Source: a bacterium (GTDB lineage Bacteria; UBA8248). Taken from it: DNA of 64,000 nt. The position numbers and the translations under genes are program-made. Of this stretch, positions 29,221-39,632 are shown one piece after another; position 1 is the first letter of the stretch; each line of letters opens with the position of its first letter. The notes beneath the pieces are model-generated. The model made no database searches and had not been told where the DNA came from. It saw only the letters and a program-made list of their open reading frames with translations. The stretch is taken from assembly GCA_965204535.1 (NCBI GenBank), contig CBDBEV010000001.1, forward strand, positions 2,656,001 through 2,720,000, in the 5' to 3' direction.

Positions 29221-30183
29221 TTGCTTGCCTACGTGCTGGAGGAGAACGGCCCCTCTTTGAAAGAGGTGGCACGCCCCGAGCCCCTCGCGGATGAAGCCCT
29301 CATCCGGGTGAGTCTTGCAGGCATTTGCGCCACGGACCTGGAACTCATTCGCGGGTACATGAATTTCCGGGGCGTGCTGGGCCATGAGTTCGTCGGCGTG
29401 GTGGCGGGGCCGGAGGCGCACCCGCTTTTGGGGCGCAGGGTGGTGGGCGAGATTAACTGCGGATGCGGGGATTGCCCCTGGTGTGCCCGCGGTATGGAAC
29501 GACATTGTCCCGAGAGAAGCGTCCTGGGCATTCTCGATCGCCCCGGCGTTTTTGCGGAATACACCTGCCTGCCGAGTCGGAACCTGCACGTTCTTCCCGA
29601 CGCCGTGGAAGATGAGGCGGCCGTTTTCTGTGAGCCTCTGGCCGCCTGTTTCGAGGTGATCGAGCAGTTTCCCGAGATCGTGGAGCGCGAGGTCCTGGTG
29701 ATCGGGGACGGGAGGCTCGGTCTCTTGCTGACCCAGGTGTTGCACGCCGAAGGATCGAGGGTGGGTCTGCTTGGCCGCCACCCGGAAAAAATGGCGCTGC
29801 TCGCTTCACATAAGATTCCCGTTTGGAGCGATCCTGCGCAGGCCGTCTGCTCCGAAGGGGAGAAATGGCCCGTCGTGGTCGAGGCCACAGGCGCTGCGGA
29901 GGGCTTCTCCCTCGCCGTCTCGAAAACGAAGCCCCGAGGCGTGCTGGTGCTCAAGAGCACGGTGGCGTCCGAGGCTCGCCTGAATCTCTCCGCCGTCGTG
30001 GTGGATGAAATCACGGTACTGGGTTCGCGCTGCGGCCTTTTCTCGCCCGCGATTCGAGCGCTCGAGACGGGCGCGGTTCGCACGTCCTCGATGATTCATG
30101 GCCGTTTCTCCCTGCGAAACGCGCCCGAAGCATTTGAAAAAGCGCGCGAAAAGGGCATAATCAAGGTGTTGCTCCGACCCTAG
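29221..30183 (+). CDS. Zinc-dependent MDR alcohol dehydrogenase family protein
   Basis: GICATD, GHEFVG, CGDCPWC...C, GDGRLG. Confidence 0.88.
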   Translation: MLAYVLEENGPSLKEVARPEPLADEALIRVSLAGICATDLELIRGYMNFRGVLGHEFVGVVAGPEAHPLLGRRVVGEINCGCGDCPWCARGMERHCPERSVLGILDRPGVFAEYTCLPSRNLHVLPDAVEDEAAVFCEPLAACFEVIEQFPEIVEREVLVIGDGRLGLLLTQVLHAEGSRVGLLGRHPEKMALLASHKIPVWSDPAQAVCSEGEKWPVVVEATGAAEGFSLAVSKTKPRGVLVLKSTVASEARLNLSAVVVDEITVLGSRCGLFSPAIRALETGAVRTSSMIHGRFSLRNAPEAFEKAREKGIIKVLLRP

Positions 30184-30257
30184 GTATTATTTGTATTTTA
30201 GTGTAGAATGGTAAGTCGATATTGCTACATAGGGTGTTGCTCGTTAAGGAGCATGCG

Positions 30258-31154
30258 ATGAGAGGCCTCATGGGGATGGCCTTGATGGTATGGCTCCTTG
30301 CTTCGGCTTGGAGCATGGAGGCGTTTGCGGCCGCGCCGGAGACCCCCGAGGCGATAGAGCAAAGACGCATTTCCCGCCTCGTCTCCCATCTCAGGCGACT
30401 GGAAAAGCCTAAAGATTGGCTGCTGGTCCGCAAACTCTTCTCCTCGGATTCGAACGTCCAGCTCAACGCCCTGTCGAACTGTCCGCTGCCGGAAAATGAA
30501 TGGCCCTGGTATCTATCCTCCGATCATCTGAAGAATTACGCTTTTTCAGTGGATTTCATCCCGCTCAACATGGATGCGGACAAGCGCCTCGAAACCCTCA
30601 TGGTCATCCAGTCGGATCACGCCAAGGACCACTACATCACCTTTTGCCTGATGGATGACGACAAGAGCGCCCGCAAGCCGCTCGCCTCCTACAGCGACAT
30701 GAGCCGTGGCCGGGAGATCACCTACCAGGTAGCCGATCTGACGGCGGACGGGTCGTATGAGTTGATCGTCAATACCCGCGAGGGTTCGGACGGCCGCTAT
30801 TCCGACGCCGTGCGTGTCATCAAGCCGACTTCGAAGAACCGCTTCGATCTCATGTGGTTCGCACGCCTGCAAGATGAGTTGAAGTGGCCGAAAACGTACG
30901 TGGACGACGCGAGAAGCCGGGCTGTCCAACGGCGTGAAGATCTGCGGGCCAAGGTTCGTTTTCGCTTTAACGGACCGGGAAACCCCGTCACCCTCATTCT
31001 CAAGGGGGAGAGGAAATACGAGGAGCAGATTTCCAGCCTCAAGGGTGGAAAAGATAAAAACAAAATACTAATCGAACGTTTTCCCATCGAGGAATTCTGG
31101 CGGTGGGATAAAGCGAAGCTGCGATTCGTCCGTGTTTTCGACTCCAGACAATAG
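30258..31154 (+). CDS. Secreted hypothetical protein with FG-GAP-like Ca-binding motifs
   Basis: Signal peptide after AAGGAG RBS; NMDADKRLE and DLTADGSYELIV motifs. Confidence 0.6.
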   Translation: MRGLMGMALMVWLLASAWSMEAFAAAPETPEAIEQRRISRLVSHLRRLEKPKDWLLVRKLFSSDSNVQLNALSNCPLPENEWPWYLSSDHLKNYAFSVDFIPLNMDADKRLETLMVIQSDHAKDHYITFCLMDDDKSARKPLASYSDMSRGREITYQVADLTADGSYELIVNTREGSDGRYSDAVRVIKPTSKNRFDLMWFARLQDELKWPKTYVDDARSRAVQRREDLRAKVRFRFNGPGNPVTLILKGERKYEEQISSLKGGKDKNKILIERFPIEEFWRWDKAKLRFVRVFDSRQ

Positions 31155-31186
31155 AAAAAGTATATCCGCTTTTCCGGAAAGGTCGT

Positions 31187-32734
31187 GTGAAGCCGTTGAA
31201 CTACCCTCGCCCCGTCATGCTCATCGTTCTGGACGGATGGGGATTATCCGATGAGCGCACGCACAACGCCGTCGCATTGGCCGATACCCCGACCATGGAT
31301 GCCCTGCTCGCGAGCCGTCCCCACACCCGCCTGGTCACTTCGGGACGCGCCGTGGGGCTTCCCGACGGCCAAATGGGCAATTCCGAGGTGGGTCATCTGA
31401 ACTTAGGCGCGGGCCGTGTGGTGGATCAGGACATCGTTCGCATCGACCGCTCCATCAAGAGCGGTGATTTTTTTGAACTCCCCCCGCTCGTCGATTGCGT
31501 TCAAAAGGCCAAAGAGGGAGGCGGCGCCCTGCACATCGTCGGCCTCGTATCGGACGGCGGCGTGCACAGCCTCCAGGATCACGGGGTGGCGCTGGCGCGG
31601 CTGGGGAGAAAAACCGGCGTCGAGCGCATCTTCGCGCATGCCTTCACCGACGGGAGGGATACGCCGCCGCGCTCGGGACTGGAATTCGTGGGTCGTTACG
31701 AGGAGAGCCTGAGCCGGGAAGCAGGGGCCCGACTCGCCACCGTCATCGGGCGTTACTACGCGATGGACCGGGACAGGCGGTGGGAGAGAAACGAGCGCGC
31801 CTACCGGGCGATGGCCGCAGGAGAAGGCATTCATGCCCCGAGTGCCGCCGAGGCGATAGAGGCTTCCTATGCGCGAGGCGTGACGGATGAGTTCATCGAA
31901 CCGGTGGTGCTCACCGACAGCGGGCGTCCGGTGGGCTTGATTCGAGACGGCGACGCCGTGATCTGCATGAACTTCCGCGCGGACAGGGTGCGGCAAATCA
32001 CCAGCGCCTTCACCGATGAAGGGTTCGACGGCTTCGACGTCTCGGGCGGACCCGCGGTCCATTACGCCTGCATGACGGAATACGACGAGCGCTTCACGCT
32101 GCCCGTCGCGTTTCCGCCCCTGAGGATGAAAGGCCTGTTCCGCCACGCGCTGGCCGACGCGGGGCGGACGTGCCTGAGAGTCGCCGAGACGGAAAAATAT
32201 CCCCACGTCACGTATTTCTTTAACGGCGGCGAGGAGGAGCCTCTCCCCGGTGAGCGGCGGCACATGGTTCCTTCGCCCAAGGTGGCTACTTACGATCTAA
32301 AGCCCGAGATGAGCGCGGGCGAAGTGACGGAGGTGGTACTGGACGCCATCGGGCGGGGCGAGGATGACGCCATCGTCTTGAACTTCGCCAACCCGGACAT
32401 GGTGGGACACACGGGTGTCGAGAGCGCCGCCGTGCGGGCCGCCGGTTTCGTGGACGCCTGTCTCGGGCGCATTCTCGAAGCGCTGGAGCGCGCGGGCGGG
32501 GCGGCGGTGGTGACGGCGGACCACGGGAATTGCGAGACGATGTGGGACGTGGAGAACGATTGTCCGCACACCGCGCACACGCTGAACGAGACGCCCTGCA
32601 TCGTCATCGCCCCCGGATTCGGGGGTCCTCTCAGAGCGGGCGGCGCGCTTTGCGACGTGGCGCCCACCCTGCTGGGGTTGATGGGGGTCACCCCGCCTTC
32701 CCAGATGACGGGTGTGGATTTGAGAATTCTCTAG
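31187..32734 (+). CDS. gpmI: 2,3-bisphosphoglycerate-independent phosphoglycerate mutase
   Basis: LDGWG, GQMGNSEVGH, GRYYAMDRD, NFRADR, AETEKYPHVT, DMVGHTG. Confidence 0.97.
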   Translation: MKPLNYPRPVMLIVLDGWGLSDERTHNAVALADTPTMDALLASRPHTRLVTSGRAVGLPDGQMGNSEVGHLNLGAGRVVDQDIVRIDRSIKSGDFFELPPLVDCVQKAKEGGGALHIVGLVSDGGVHSLQDHGVALARLGRKTGVERIFAHAFTDGRDTPPRSGLEFVGRYEESLSREAGARLATVIGRYYAMDRDRRWERNERAYRAMAAGEGIHAPSAAEAIEASYARGVTDEFIEPVVLTDSGRPVGLIRDGDAVICMNFRADRVRQITSAFTDEGFDGFDVSGGPAVHYACMTEYDERFTLPVAFPPLRMKGLFRHALADAGRTCLRVAETEKYPHVTYFFNGGEEEPLPGERRHMVPSPKVATYDLKPEMSAGEVTEVVLDAIGRGEDDAIVLNFANPDMVGHTGVESAAVRAAGFVDACLGRILEALERAGGAAVVTADHGNCETMWDVENDCPHTAHTLNETPCIVIAPGFGGPLRAGGALCDVAPTLLGLMGVTPPSQMTGVDLRIL

Positions 32735-32836
32735 CGCCCCGGCGTTGCCCCTCTCGCTCCGTTCGGCGAGTATGGAGAGCGGCGGGGAATTCGGCGGTTT
32801 CATGGTGAGGAAACATTCATTCGGGAGGAGACGGGC

Positions 32837-33517
32837 GTGAGCGAAGGAGTCCCCGATTTTCAGGCGTTGCGCGCGATGTATCACCAGGAAGTGGAAGGGC
32901 TGAGCGACGCCCGGCTCGACTGGGAAGACCCGTCAGAGGATTGGTCGCGCTGGAGTATCAGGCGGCAGATAAGCCACGTGGCGCTCGCCTATTTCTTCTG
33001 GTGGGTGAAGATGTGGGGCAAGACGCTCTGGCCGGAGAACCCGCCGGAAGACCCGGTGGATTTCACGAAAGCGGCCCCCAATCAGTACGACCGAAGACTG
33101 GATGAGGAGAAATACTGGCGGCTCGAGGATTTGCTCCCCAAGTTCGATGAGGCGATTCATTTCGCCGAACGCGCCGCCGAGGGAAAGACGAAAGATGAGT
33201 TGAAGTCGCTCTTTATCACCCGCTCGTTCAAGCCAGAGTTGCTGATGGGCGATACGGACCTGCCGGTATACCGGTTCTGGATGCACGTCTCCACGTTTCA
33301 CGACGAGGGCCTCGCACAAGACCCCGAGGATGAGACGAAATTCACCTACACGCTGGCGGGGATGCTCCGGCAGATGTATTGGGAGGCGCTCGTGCACTTG
33401 CGGACGATTCATCGCCTGAAGCTCAAACAGGGGCTCACGCCCGTCGCGCAGATACCGCGCGAGGGCTTGTTGCTCGACCCGTTCTTCTGGGGACCCGAGG
33501 ATGAACCCAAGATGTGA
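32837..33517 (+). CDS. DinB/YfiT-like hypothetical protein
   Basis: WSIRRQISHV and EALVHLRTI resemble DinB metal-binding helices. Confidence 0.55.
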   Translation: MSEGVPDFQALRAMYHQEVEGLSDARLDWEDPSEDWSRWSIRRQISHVALAYFFWWVKMWGKTLWPENPPEDPVDFTKAAPNQYDRRLDEEKYWRLEDLLPKFDEAIHFAERAAEGKTKDELKSLFITRSFKPELLMGDTDLPVYRFWMHVSTFHDEGLAQDPEDETKFTYTLAGMLRQMYWEALVHLRTIHRLKLKQGLTPVAQIPREGLLLDPFFWGPEDEPKM

Positions 33518-33552
33518 GGGCGCGCGCCGCCCACTTTTTTGAGGACCTTCCC

Positions 33553-34356
33553 ATGCCGTTTGTAACGCTTGGTTCAGGCGTAGAGATTTTCTATGAGGCC
33601 CAGGGAGAGGGGCCGCCTCTCCTGCTGGTGAGCGGAACGGGCCATGACCACACTTTCTGGTCGGCGCAGCTTCCCTTGCTGAGCGCGGATTACCGCTGCG
33701 TCGTCTTCGACAACCGGGGGGTGGGCAGGAGCACGGCGCCCCCTCCGGGATATTCCCTGGCGGACATGGCGGATGACGCCGCGGGCGTTCTGGACGCCGC
33801 GGGTGTGGAGCGCGCCCACGTGATGGGTTTTTCCATGGGCGGGCACATCTCCACCGAGCTCACGCTTCGCCACCCCGGGCGCGTCGTGAGCCTGGGGCTC
33901 CACCACACCTGGGCGAGAAACTGCCCGCGCCTGGGTTCATTTCAGCGCGCCCGCATGCGCTTCGCCGAGCGCGGGGAGCGCGAGGCGCTCGTGGAACTGA
34001 GCCTCCTGGGGCTTTATTCCCATGAATTCTACGATCGGAATGCCGAGCTTATGGAGCAGAAAAGGCAGTGGCTCACCGAGCAATCCGGCGTCGACCTGGG
34101 CTGGGAGGGGCAACTGCGCGCCTGCCTGGAGGGGGACACCCTTGAACGGCTTCACCGGATACGAGTTCCCACGCTCGTCACCTGTTCGGATCGCGACTTG
34201 ATCGTCGACACCCACCACGCGAAGGAAATCCACGAGCGCATCGAGGGGTCGAAGCTCATCATCATGGAGGGGACGGGTCACGTGGCGCTCATCGAGCGGC
34301 CAGATGCGTTCGCGCGCATCTGCCATGAGTTTTTGGCCTCTTTGCCGCCGCAATAA
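33553..34356 (+). CDS. Alpha/beta hydrolase
   Basis: FDNRGVGRS, GFSMGG, GHVALIE. Confidence 0.88.
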   Translation: MPFVTLGSGVEIFYEAQGEGPPLLLVSGTGHDHTFWSAQLPLLSADYRCVVFDNRGVGRSTAPPPGYSLADMADDAAGVLDAAGVERAHVMGFSMGGHISTELTLRHPGRVVSLGLHHTWARNCPRLGSFQRARMRFAERGEREALVELSLLGLYSHEFYDRNAELMEQKRQWLTEQSGVDLGWEGQLRACLEGDTLERLHRIRVPTLVTCSDRDLIVDTHHAKEIHERIEGSKLIIMEGTGHVALIERPDAFARICHEFLASLPPQ

Positions 34357-34603
34357 GGGATCAGCCGAGCCGCCTTGCCCGGCTCCCGGAAAGTGCCTGA
34401 AGCCGCCGCCTGTTTGACAAAAGGCCGGGGCTTGAGGCAAGAAAAAACCGGTTTTATCCGCATTACTCATCGAACCGTAAGGCCTTGGTATCCGGAAAGC
34501 GAGGTGCGCCATCCTCAAGAAGATTTTCGGCTGGTTCACGCAAAAGGACGACCCCCCCTCAGGAGGCGGACCTCCCCAAGGTGGCGGCGGCTTCGGTCTG
34601 CCC

Positions 34604-35161
34604 ATGGCGCCGGACCAGGTGGAGCAGGAAGCCCTTTTCGCCGAAAAAATCGAAGCCCATGGCAAGTGGTTGCAAAGTTCGGGCGCGCGCGGGGAGCGCG
34701 CCGATTTCTCGGGCGCGAATCTCGAAATCATCAGCCTTTTCATGGTGAATCTCACCAAAGCGGATCTGCGTGAAGCGCGTCTCGCCGGCGCCAATGCGCA
34801 ATGGGCGAACCTGGACGGGGCGGACCTCGCCGGTGCCAATCTCGAAGGCGCCGATCTGTTCCAGTCCAGCCTCGAGGGCGCGAACCTCACCGGCGCGCGG
34901 ATGGCCGGGGCGAACATGATGTCGGCAGGTCTCAAGTTCGCGGATTTGACGGGCGCCGACTTGAGCGGAGCCGACCTGCGCGGCGCATCGCTTCAGCGGG
35001 CGAAACTCGGCGGCGTGAACCTGGCGGACGCGCTTATCGACGACGCCGATCTGGAGCTCGCCGACATCCGGGGTGTCGACCTCTCGGGCGTGAAGGGCCT
35101 CACCCCCGAGCAGGCCGAAGGCGCGCTCAAGGACGCGGAGACGCTCTTTCCGGATATCTAA
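34604..35161 (+). CDS. Pentapeptide repeat protein
   Basis: Extensive A(D/N)Lxx repeats. Confidence 0.9.
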   Translation: MAPDQVEQEALFAEKIEAHGKWLQSSGARGERADFSGANLEIISLFMVNLTKADLREARLAGANAQWANLDGADLAGANLEGADLFQSSLEGANLTGARMAGANMMSAGLKFADLTGADLSGADLRGASLQRAKLGGVNLADALIDDADLELADIRGVDLSGVKGLTPEQAEGALKDAETLFPDI

Positions 35162-35279
35162 AAATAGATGATTTCAATGACGTTTCGATTTCCTTCTCTC
35201 CCCATCCCGTCTTTTTCTTTTACAAGATTCGGTTTATGATGGGTTTTTCTTGAGATTCAACGAGCAGGAGTGATTCGGC

Positions 35280-36374
35280 ATGCCGCAGACGACGCAAACC
35301 GTGGACCAGGAAGTCGATTTGGTGGAGTACTACTTTGAGGAGGGTTTCTCGGACGGGCTTCCCGTCGTTCCGCCCACGCCGGAGAAGATAGACGCCGCCG
35401 TCTCGGCTCTGGGCGGAGATAAAGACTACATCGAGTGCCGCGTGCCGCCTCGCTGGGGCAACCTCACGAGAGAGGTTCTGGCGATCAACATGGTGATGGC
35501 GGGCTGCAAGGCGGAATACGCGCCCGTCGTCCGCGCGGCGATGTCGGCGCTTTGCGACCCGCACTTCAACCTGAACGGGGTGCAGGCCACCACCCACATG
35601 GCGTGCCCGCTCATCGTGGTGAACGGCCCGGTTCGGAACGAGATCGGCATGAACGCGGGCTGCAACGTGTTCGGCTCGGGCAACCGAGCGAACGCGACGA
35701 TAGGCCGCGCGGTGCGGATGATGCTCTTGAACGTCGGCGGCGCGTGGCCGGGCGATCTGGACAAGAGCACGCTGGGCTGTCCCACCAAATACACCTACTG
35801 CATCGCGGAGAACGAAGAGGCGAGTCCCTGGGCGCCTTATCACGTGGAACAAGGCTACGCGCCCGAGGATTCCACGGTCTTCGCCATCGCGGCCGAGGCG
35901 CCCCACAGCGTGACGAACCACATCTCCGACGACCCCGAGGGGGTCCTCGACAGCATCTGCTCGGCGATGAGCACGATCGCGCACAACAATTCGGTGAGCA
36001 GCGGCTCGTGCGCCGTCGTCATCAGCCCCGAGCACGGGGCGACCATCAGTGCGAAGAACTGGACGCGGAACGACGTGAAGAGCTATCTGTGGATGCACAC
36101 CAGGAACACGTTCGCCGATATCTCGTTCAACCACCGCTACGGAAAAGTCTACAACCGCAATATCCCCAAGTGGTACAGGCGCGAACCGGACGAAAGAATC
36201 CCCATCGTGCCGAGTCCCGAGAACATCCACCTGTTCGTGGCGGGCGGGGATGCGGGCCGTTTTTCCGCCTTCATTCCCGGCTGGGGCCACATGACGAACC
36301 CGGTGCTGCGCGCAATCGACGGCAAGACGCTCGAAGGCGGCCCCGTCTGCGTGGACGGCACCTGTCTGCTTTAG
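35280..36374 (+). CDS. Protein of the family associated with UGSC selenoproteins
   Basis: SDGLPVVPPT, LAINMVMAGC, NRANATIGRA motifs; directly upstream of the UGSC gene; C-terminal CVDGTC. Confidence 0.7.
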   Translation: MPQTTQTVDQEVDLVEYYFEEGFSDGLPVVPPTPEKIDAAVSALGGDKDYIECRVPPRWGNLTREVLAINMVMAGCKAEYAPVVRAAMSALCDPHFNLNGVQATTHMACPLIVVNGPVRNEIGMNAGCNVFGSGNRANATIGRAVRMMLLNVGGAWPGDLDKSTLGCPTKYTYCIAENEEASPWAPYHVEQGYAPEDSTVFAIAAEAPHSVTNHISDDPEGVLDSICSAMSTIAHNNSVSSGSCAVVISPEHGATISAKNWTRNDVKSYLWMHTRNTFADISFNHRYGKVYNRNIPKWYRREPDERIPIVPSPENIHLFVAGGDAGRFSAFIPGWGHMTNPVLRAIDGKTLEGGPVCVDGTCLL

Positions 36375-36402
36375 GGTCTGGAATAGAAAACAGGAGGAAA
36401 CC

Positions 36403-36945
36403 ATGAGTGATGTCATCACCGGCCAGGTCGTCTACGACCCCCGAGGGGTGGTCGAGGCAGCGGCCCAACCCACCGCGCAGCGCGTCCGGGATTTGAAGGG
36501 TCTCAACCTCGGGGTCCTGGACAACACGAAGTGGAACGGGCGCAGGCTGCTCGAAAAAACCACGGCGCTGATGGAGGCGGAAGGCCCCTTCGCCGAGGTG
36601 CGCTACTACAAGAAAGAGAGCTTTTCCAAAAACGCGGCGCCGGAACTGATCGCCCGGATCGCACAGGAGAACGACGTCGTCCTGACGGCGATCGGCGACT
36701 GAGGCTCCTGCACTTCGTGCTGTATGCACGATGCGATCTCCCTGGAAGAAAAAGGGGTGCCCACCGCCGTGGTAGTGACGGAGGTCTTCCTGCACGAAGC
36801 CCACGTGCAAAGGGCGGCCTTGGGCATGAACGACCTCGACCCGGTGGTCATCCAGCACCCCCTGAGCACGCTCTCGGATGAGGAAATCTCCGCGCGCGCG
36901 GGCGATGCGGCTCTCCAGGCGGTGAAGATTCTGCTCGAAGGCTAG
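36403..36945 (+). CDS. UGSC-family selenoprotein, Sec at TGA 36700-36702
   Basis: ORFs 36403..36702 and 36724..36945 are in frame. Readthrough gives DVVLTAIGD-U-GSCTSCCMHDAISLEEKGVP; AGGAGG RBS. Confidence 0.9.
36710..36734 (+). promoter_or_regulatory. Putative bacterial SECIS hairpin
   Basis: TCGTGC-[TGTAT]-GCACGA stem-loop 12 nt after the TGA, extended by GCA/TGC; GU in the apical loop. Confidence 0.7.
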
Positions 36946-36956
36946 TTCGGCTTTTC

Positions 36957-38189
36957 ATGACGAAGCCACTCGCAGGCATCCGCGTCCTCGACCTGACGCA
37001 GTTTCTCTCGGGTCCGCAGGCCACGCTGTTCCTGGCGGGGCTGGGGGCCGAGGTCATCCGTATCGACAATCCGGCCACCGGCGACCCGGTGGCCTACTCG
37101 CCTCCCTACATCGGTGAGAAGGGCGTCTCCTACCATCCCCAGACGGATGAGGACCTGGGAATGGCTTACTTGAAGCGCACGCGCGCGAAAAAGGCGATTA
37201 CCCTCAACATCAAGGACCCCCGGGGTCTCGAGATGTTCTACGGGCTCGTCGATCGCTCCGACATCCTGGTGGAGAATTTCTCCGTCGGCGTCACGAAAAG
37301 GCTCAAGATCGACTACGAGACGCTTCGCGCGAGAAAACCCTCCCTGGTCTACTGCTCCATCACGGGCTACGGCCAGACGGGGCCGGATGCGGGGCTTAAG
37401 GGCTACGACGCCGTCTCCCAGGCGGCCTCGGGCCTCATGAACCTCACGGGATTCCCCGACGGCCCGCCCACCAAGGCGGGCTCCGCGCTCGGCGACAGCG
37501 TGGGCGGCACGTTCGCCTTCGGCGCCATCATGACGGCGCTCTTTCACCGCGAGCGCACCGGGGAGGGCCAGCAGATCGACATTTCGATGATCGACTGCAT
37601 CTTCTCGCTGATCTTCGATGAGCCGATGGATTTTTACGAACAACTCGGCCTCCCGCCGCGCATCGGCAACCGCATCATGCGGCTCGCGCCGTTCAACGCC
37701 TATGAGACGAAAGACGGCTGGGTCGTCATCGCCTCGGGCACCAACGCGCACTGGCACAACATACTGCGCGGCATCGAGCGCGCCGATCTGATCGGTGATG
37801 AGCGATACGAGGACATGAGCCGGCGCGTGAGCAGAGTCGCGGAGGTTGACGCCATCATCACCGAATGGACGAAGCGCCGCGAGGCGAAAGAAGCGGTCTC
37901 CTCCCTGCGCGCGCACGACGTCATCTGCGGGCCGGTGAACACCATCGAGGACATCCTCGCATGGCCCCACATGCGAGAGCGCGGGATGATAGTCGACATC
38001 GAACACCCCACCCTGGGAACCCTCAAGAACGCGAAAGCCCCGGGCTTTCCCTTCAAGTTCAGCGAAATGGAAGGCGGCTACGCCGCCCCCGCCCCGCTCG
38101 TGGGCCAGCACAACGCGGAAATCCTCGGCGGCCTGCTCGGCGTATCGGATGCGGAGTTGAAAGAACTGGGAGATGAGGGTGTGGTCTAG
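36957..38189 (+). CDS. Family III CoA-transferase (CaiB/BaiF)
   Basis: LAGIRVLDLTQFLSGP, LGAEVIRID, SITGYGQTGP, GYDAVSQA, APLVGQHN. Confidence 0.92.
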   Translation: MTKPLAGIRVLDLTQFLSGPQATLFLAGLGAEVIRIDNPATGDPVAYSPPYIGEKGVSYHPQTDEDLGMAYLKRTRAKKAITLNIKDPRGLEMFYGLVDRSDILVENFSVGVTKRLKIDYETLRARKPSLVYCSITGYGQTGPDAGLKGYDAVSQAASGLMNLTGFPDGPPTKAGSALGDSVGGTFAFGAIMTALFHRERTGEGQQIDISMIDCIFSLIFDEPMDFYEQLGLPPRIGNRIMRLAPFNAYETKDGWVVIASGTNAHWHNILRGIERADLIGDERYEDMSRRVSRVAEVDAIITEWTKRREAKEAVSSLRAHDVICGPVNTIEDILAWPHMRERGMIVDIEHPTLGTLKNAKAPGFPFKFSEMEGGYAAPAPLVGQHNAEILGGLLGVSDAELKELGDEGVV

Positions 38190-38474
38190 GGGGTTTATGA
38201 GGCGCGGTGCCTCCGGTTTTTCATCCGCGCGGCATCCTATCTTCATCCTGATGTCGGTTTGTTATCTCTTATCGGGCTGCGCCGGCGGGATTGACCCCGT
38301 AGGAGGAGTCGACCCCAAGACGCTCGACCTGGCCGATGAGGCGAGGCGCGCAAATGCGGGCTGTTGCGGGGAAATGCGCGGGTCCCAACAAACTTTTTTT
38401 ATCGCTATATCTGAGTGCGCAGCGCTCATATTTGAATGATAACTCTTTATATAACAATCATTTAATCGATCAGA

Positions 38475-38526
38475 AATTTTCAGAAATTTATCGAAAAACC
38501 CCGTAAATTTATCTGATTTTATCGAA
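38475..38526. repeat. AT-rich non-coding element with TTTATC(GA) motifs, copy 2
   Basis: 36/39 identity to 1489-1527. Confidence 0.75.
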
Positions 38527-38761
38527 AATATCATTATTTTCATTTCCATGTCGTTCCTGAATCCATTCTCGTATCGTCTCCTCGCCCCGTCTCCCGGTTC
38601 CATGAGAAAGCCTCCTCTCCCTGTGCCTCAATCCGCCGAGAGAGAAACCGCTTCCCCGCGTCGCGCGCACGATACCGCAGCGCCGGATTCCGGGGCGCAC
38701 GGCAATTGCGGGGAAATGCGGACCCGGCCCCGACCGGGGAGGCGGGATAAAACCCCCCTGA

Positions 38762-38956
38762 GGGGGTTGTTGAAAAAGGCCCATCAATCGGGGTTGGCGC
38801 GTAGGGGCGGCCCCCCGTGGCCGCCCGTGTCGGATATGTCCATCTGCGTGGCTGTGCTTCGCAGGGAGAAGCATGGGGGCCATGGACAGGCACAGGGGCC
38901 TGTCCCTACAAACCTTCTATTTGCAGGGTCCTGCGCAGACCTCTTCAACACCCCCC
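38762..38956. mobile_element. MITE-like element with terminal inverted repeats carrying GTAG REP hairpins
   Basis: Left end GGGGGTTGTTGAAAAAGG, right end CCTCTTCAACACCCCC. 38762-38909 is repeated at 39633-39779, and the core recurs inverted at ~61885-61977. Confidence 0.7.
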
Positions 38957-39133
38957 TACGGGTTCGTCTTGATACGCGGGGCGTAGGGACAACCCCCTGC
39001 GCCGGTCCGGGAGCGCGGCCTGTCCTTGCGAGGCGGTGCGGTTTTGTTCGTCGTCCCGGCGTCATCGCCGGCCGATGCGGAAGGTGTTGCGGAGTGACGA
39101 CCGGAGACGAATGCGGTTGCGTCCGCCGCCGGC

Positions 39134-39541
39134 TCAGCCGTCCTGACGCGCGGAGGGCGCGGACGTGCGGCGGATGAGCTCCCGGAGCGCCTCCATGGTC
39201 TCGCGGTGGCGCTCCCTCTGCTCCTCGCGTTCGGCGCGCAGCACGGCCATGGTTTCGCGGTGGCGCTCCTTGTGCTCCTCGCGTTCGGCGCGCAGCGCCT
39301 CCATGGTTTCGCGGTGCATCGCGTCCCGATGCCGCGCGGCCTGGCGCATGATGTAGAGGCCGTAGGCGATCAGTCCGCATTGCGCGGCCCCGACGAGGGC
39401 GGCCACCCACACGGAGGCCCACTGCGCGGCGAGGGCGGCTTCCTGGAGGGCGAGGCTCGCCTTTTGCAGGGCGAGGCTCGATTGCTGTACGACGAGGTTT
39501 GATTGCTGTACGGCGAGGCTTGCGGTTTCGTATTCCGTCAT
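39134..39541 (-). CDS. Small membrane-anchored coiled-coil repeat protein
   Basis: 135 aa: five heptads (SLAxQxx), one TM segment, then ~2.5 copies of an 18-aa repeat (HRETMxxLRAEREExxER; 54-bp DNA tandem repeat ~39187-39317); GGGAG RBS. Confidence 0.7.
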   Translation of the reverse strand: MTEYETASLAVQQSNLVVQQSSLALQKASLALQEAALAAQWASVWVAALVGAAQCGLIAYGLYIMRQAARHRDAMHRETMEALRAEREEHKERHRETMAVLRAEREEQRERHRETMEALRELIRRTSAPSARQDG

Positions 39542-39632
39542 TCGATTTTCTCCCGTGAAGCCTCGTGAGCAGCAAGTCCGGTCAGTTTCGCCCAGGGCGG
39601 TGGAGAAGTCAAAGAGCGAACGCGAGTGAGGA

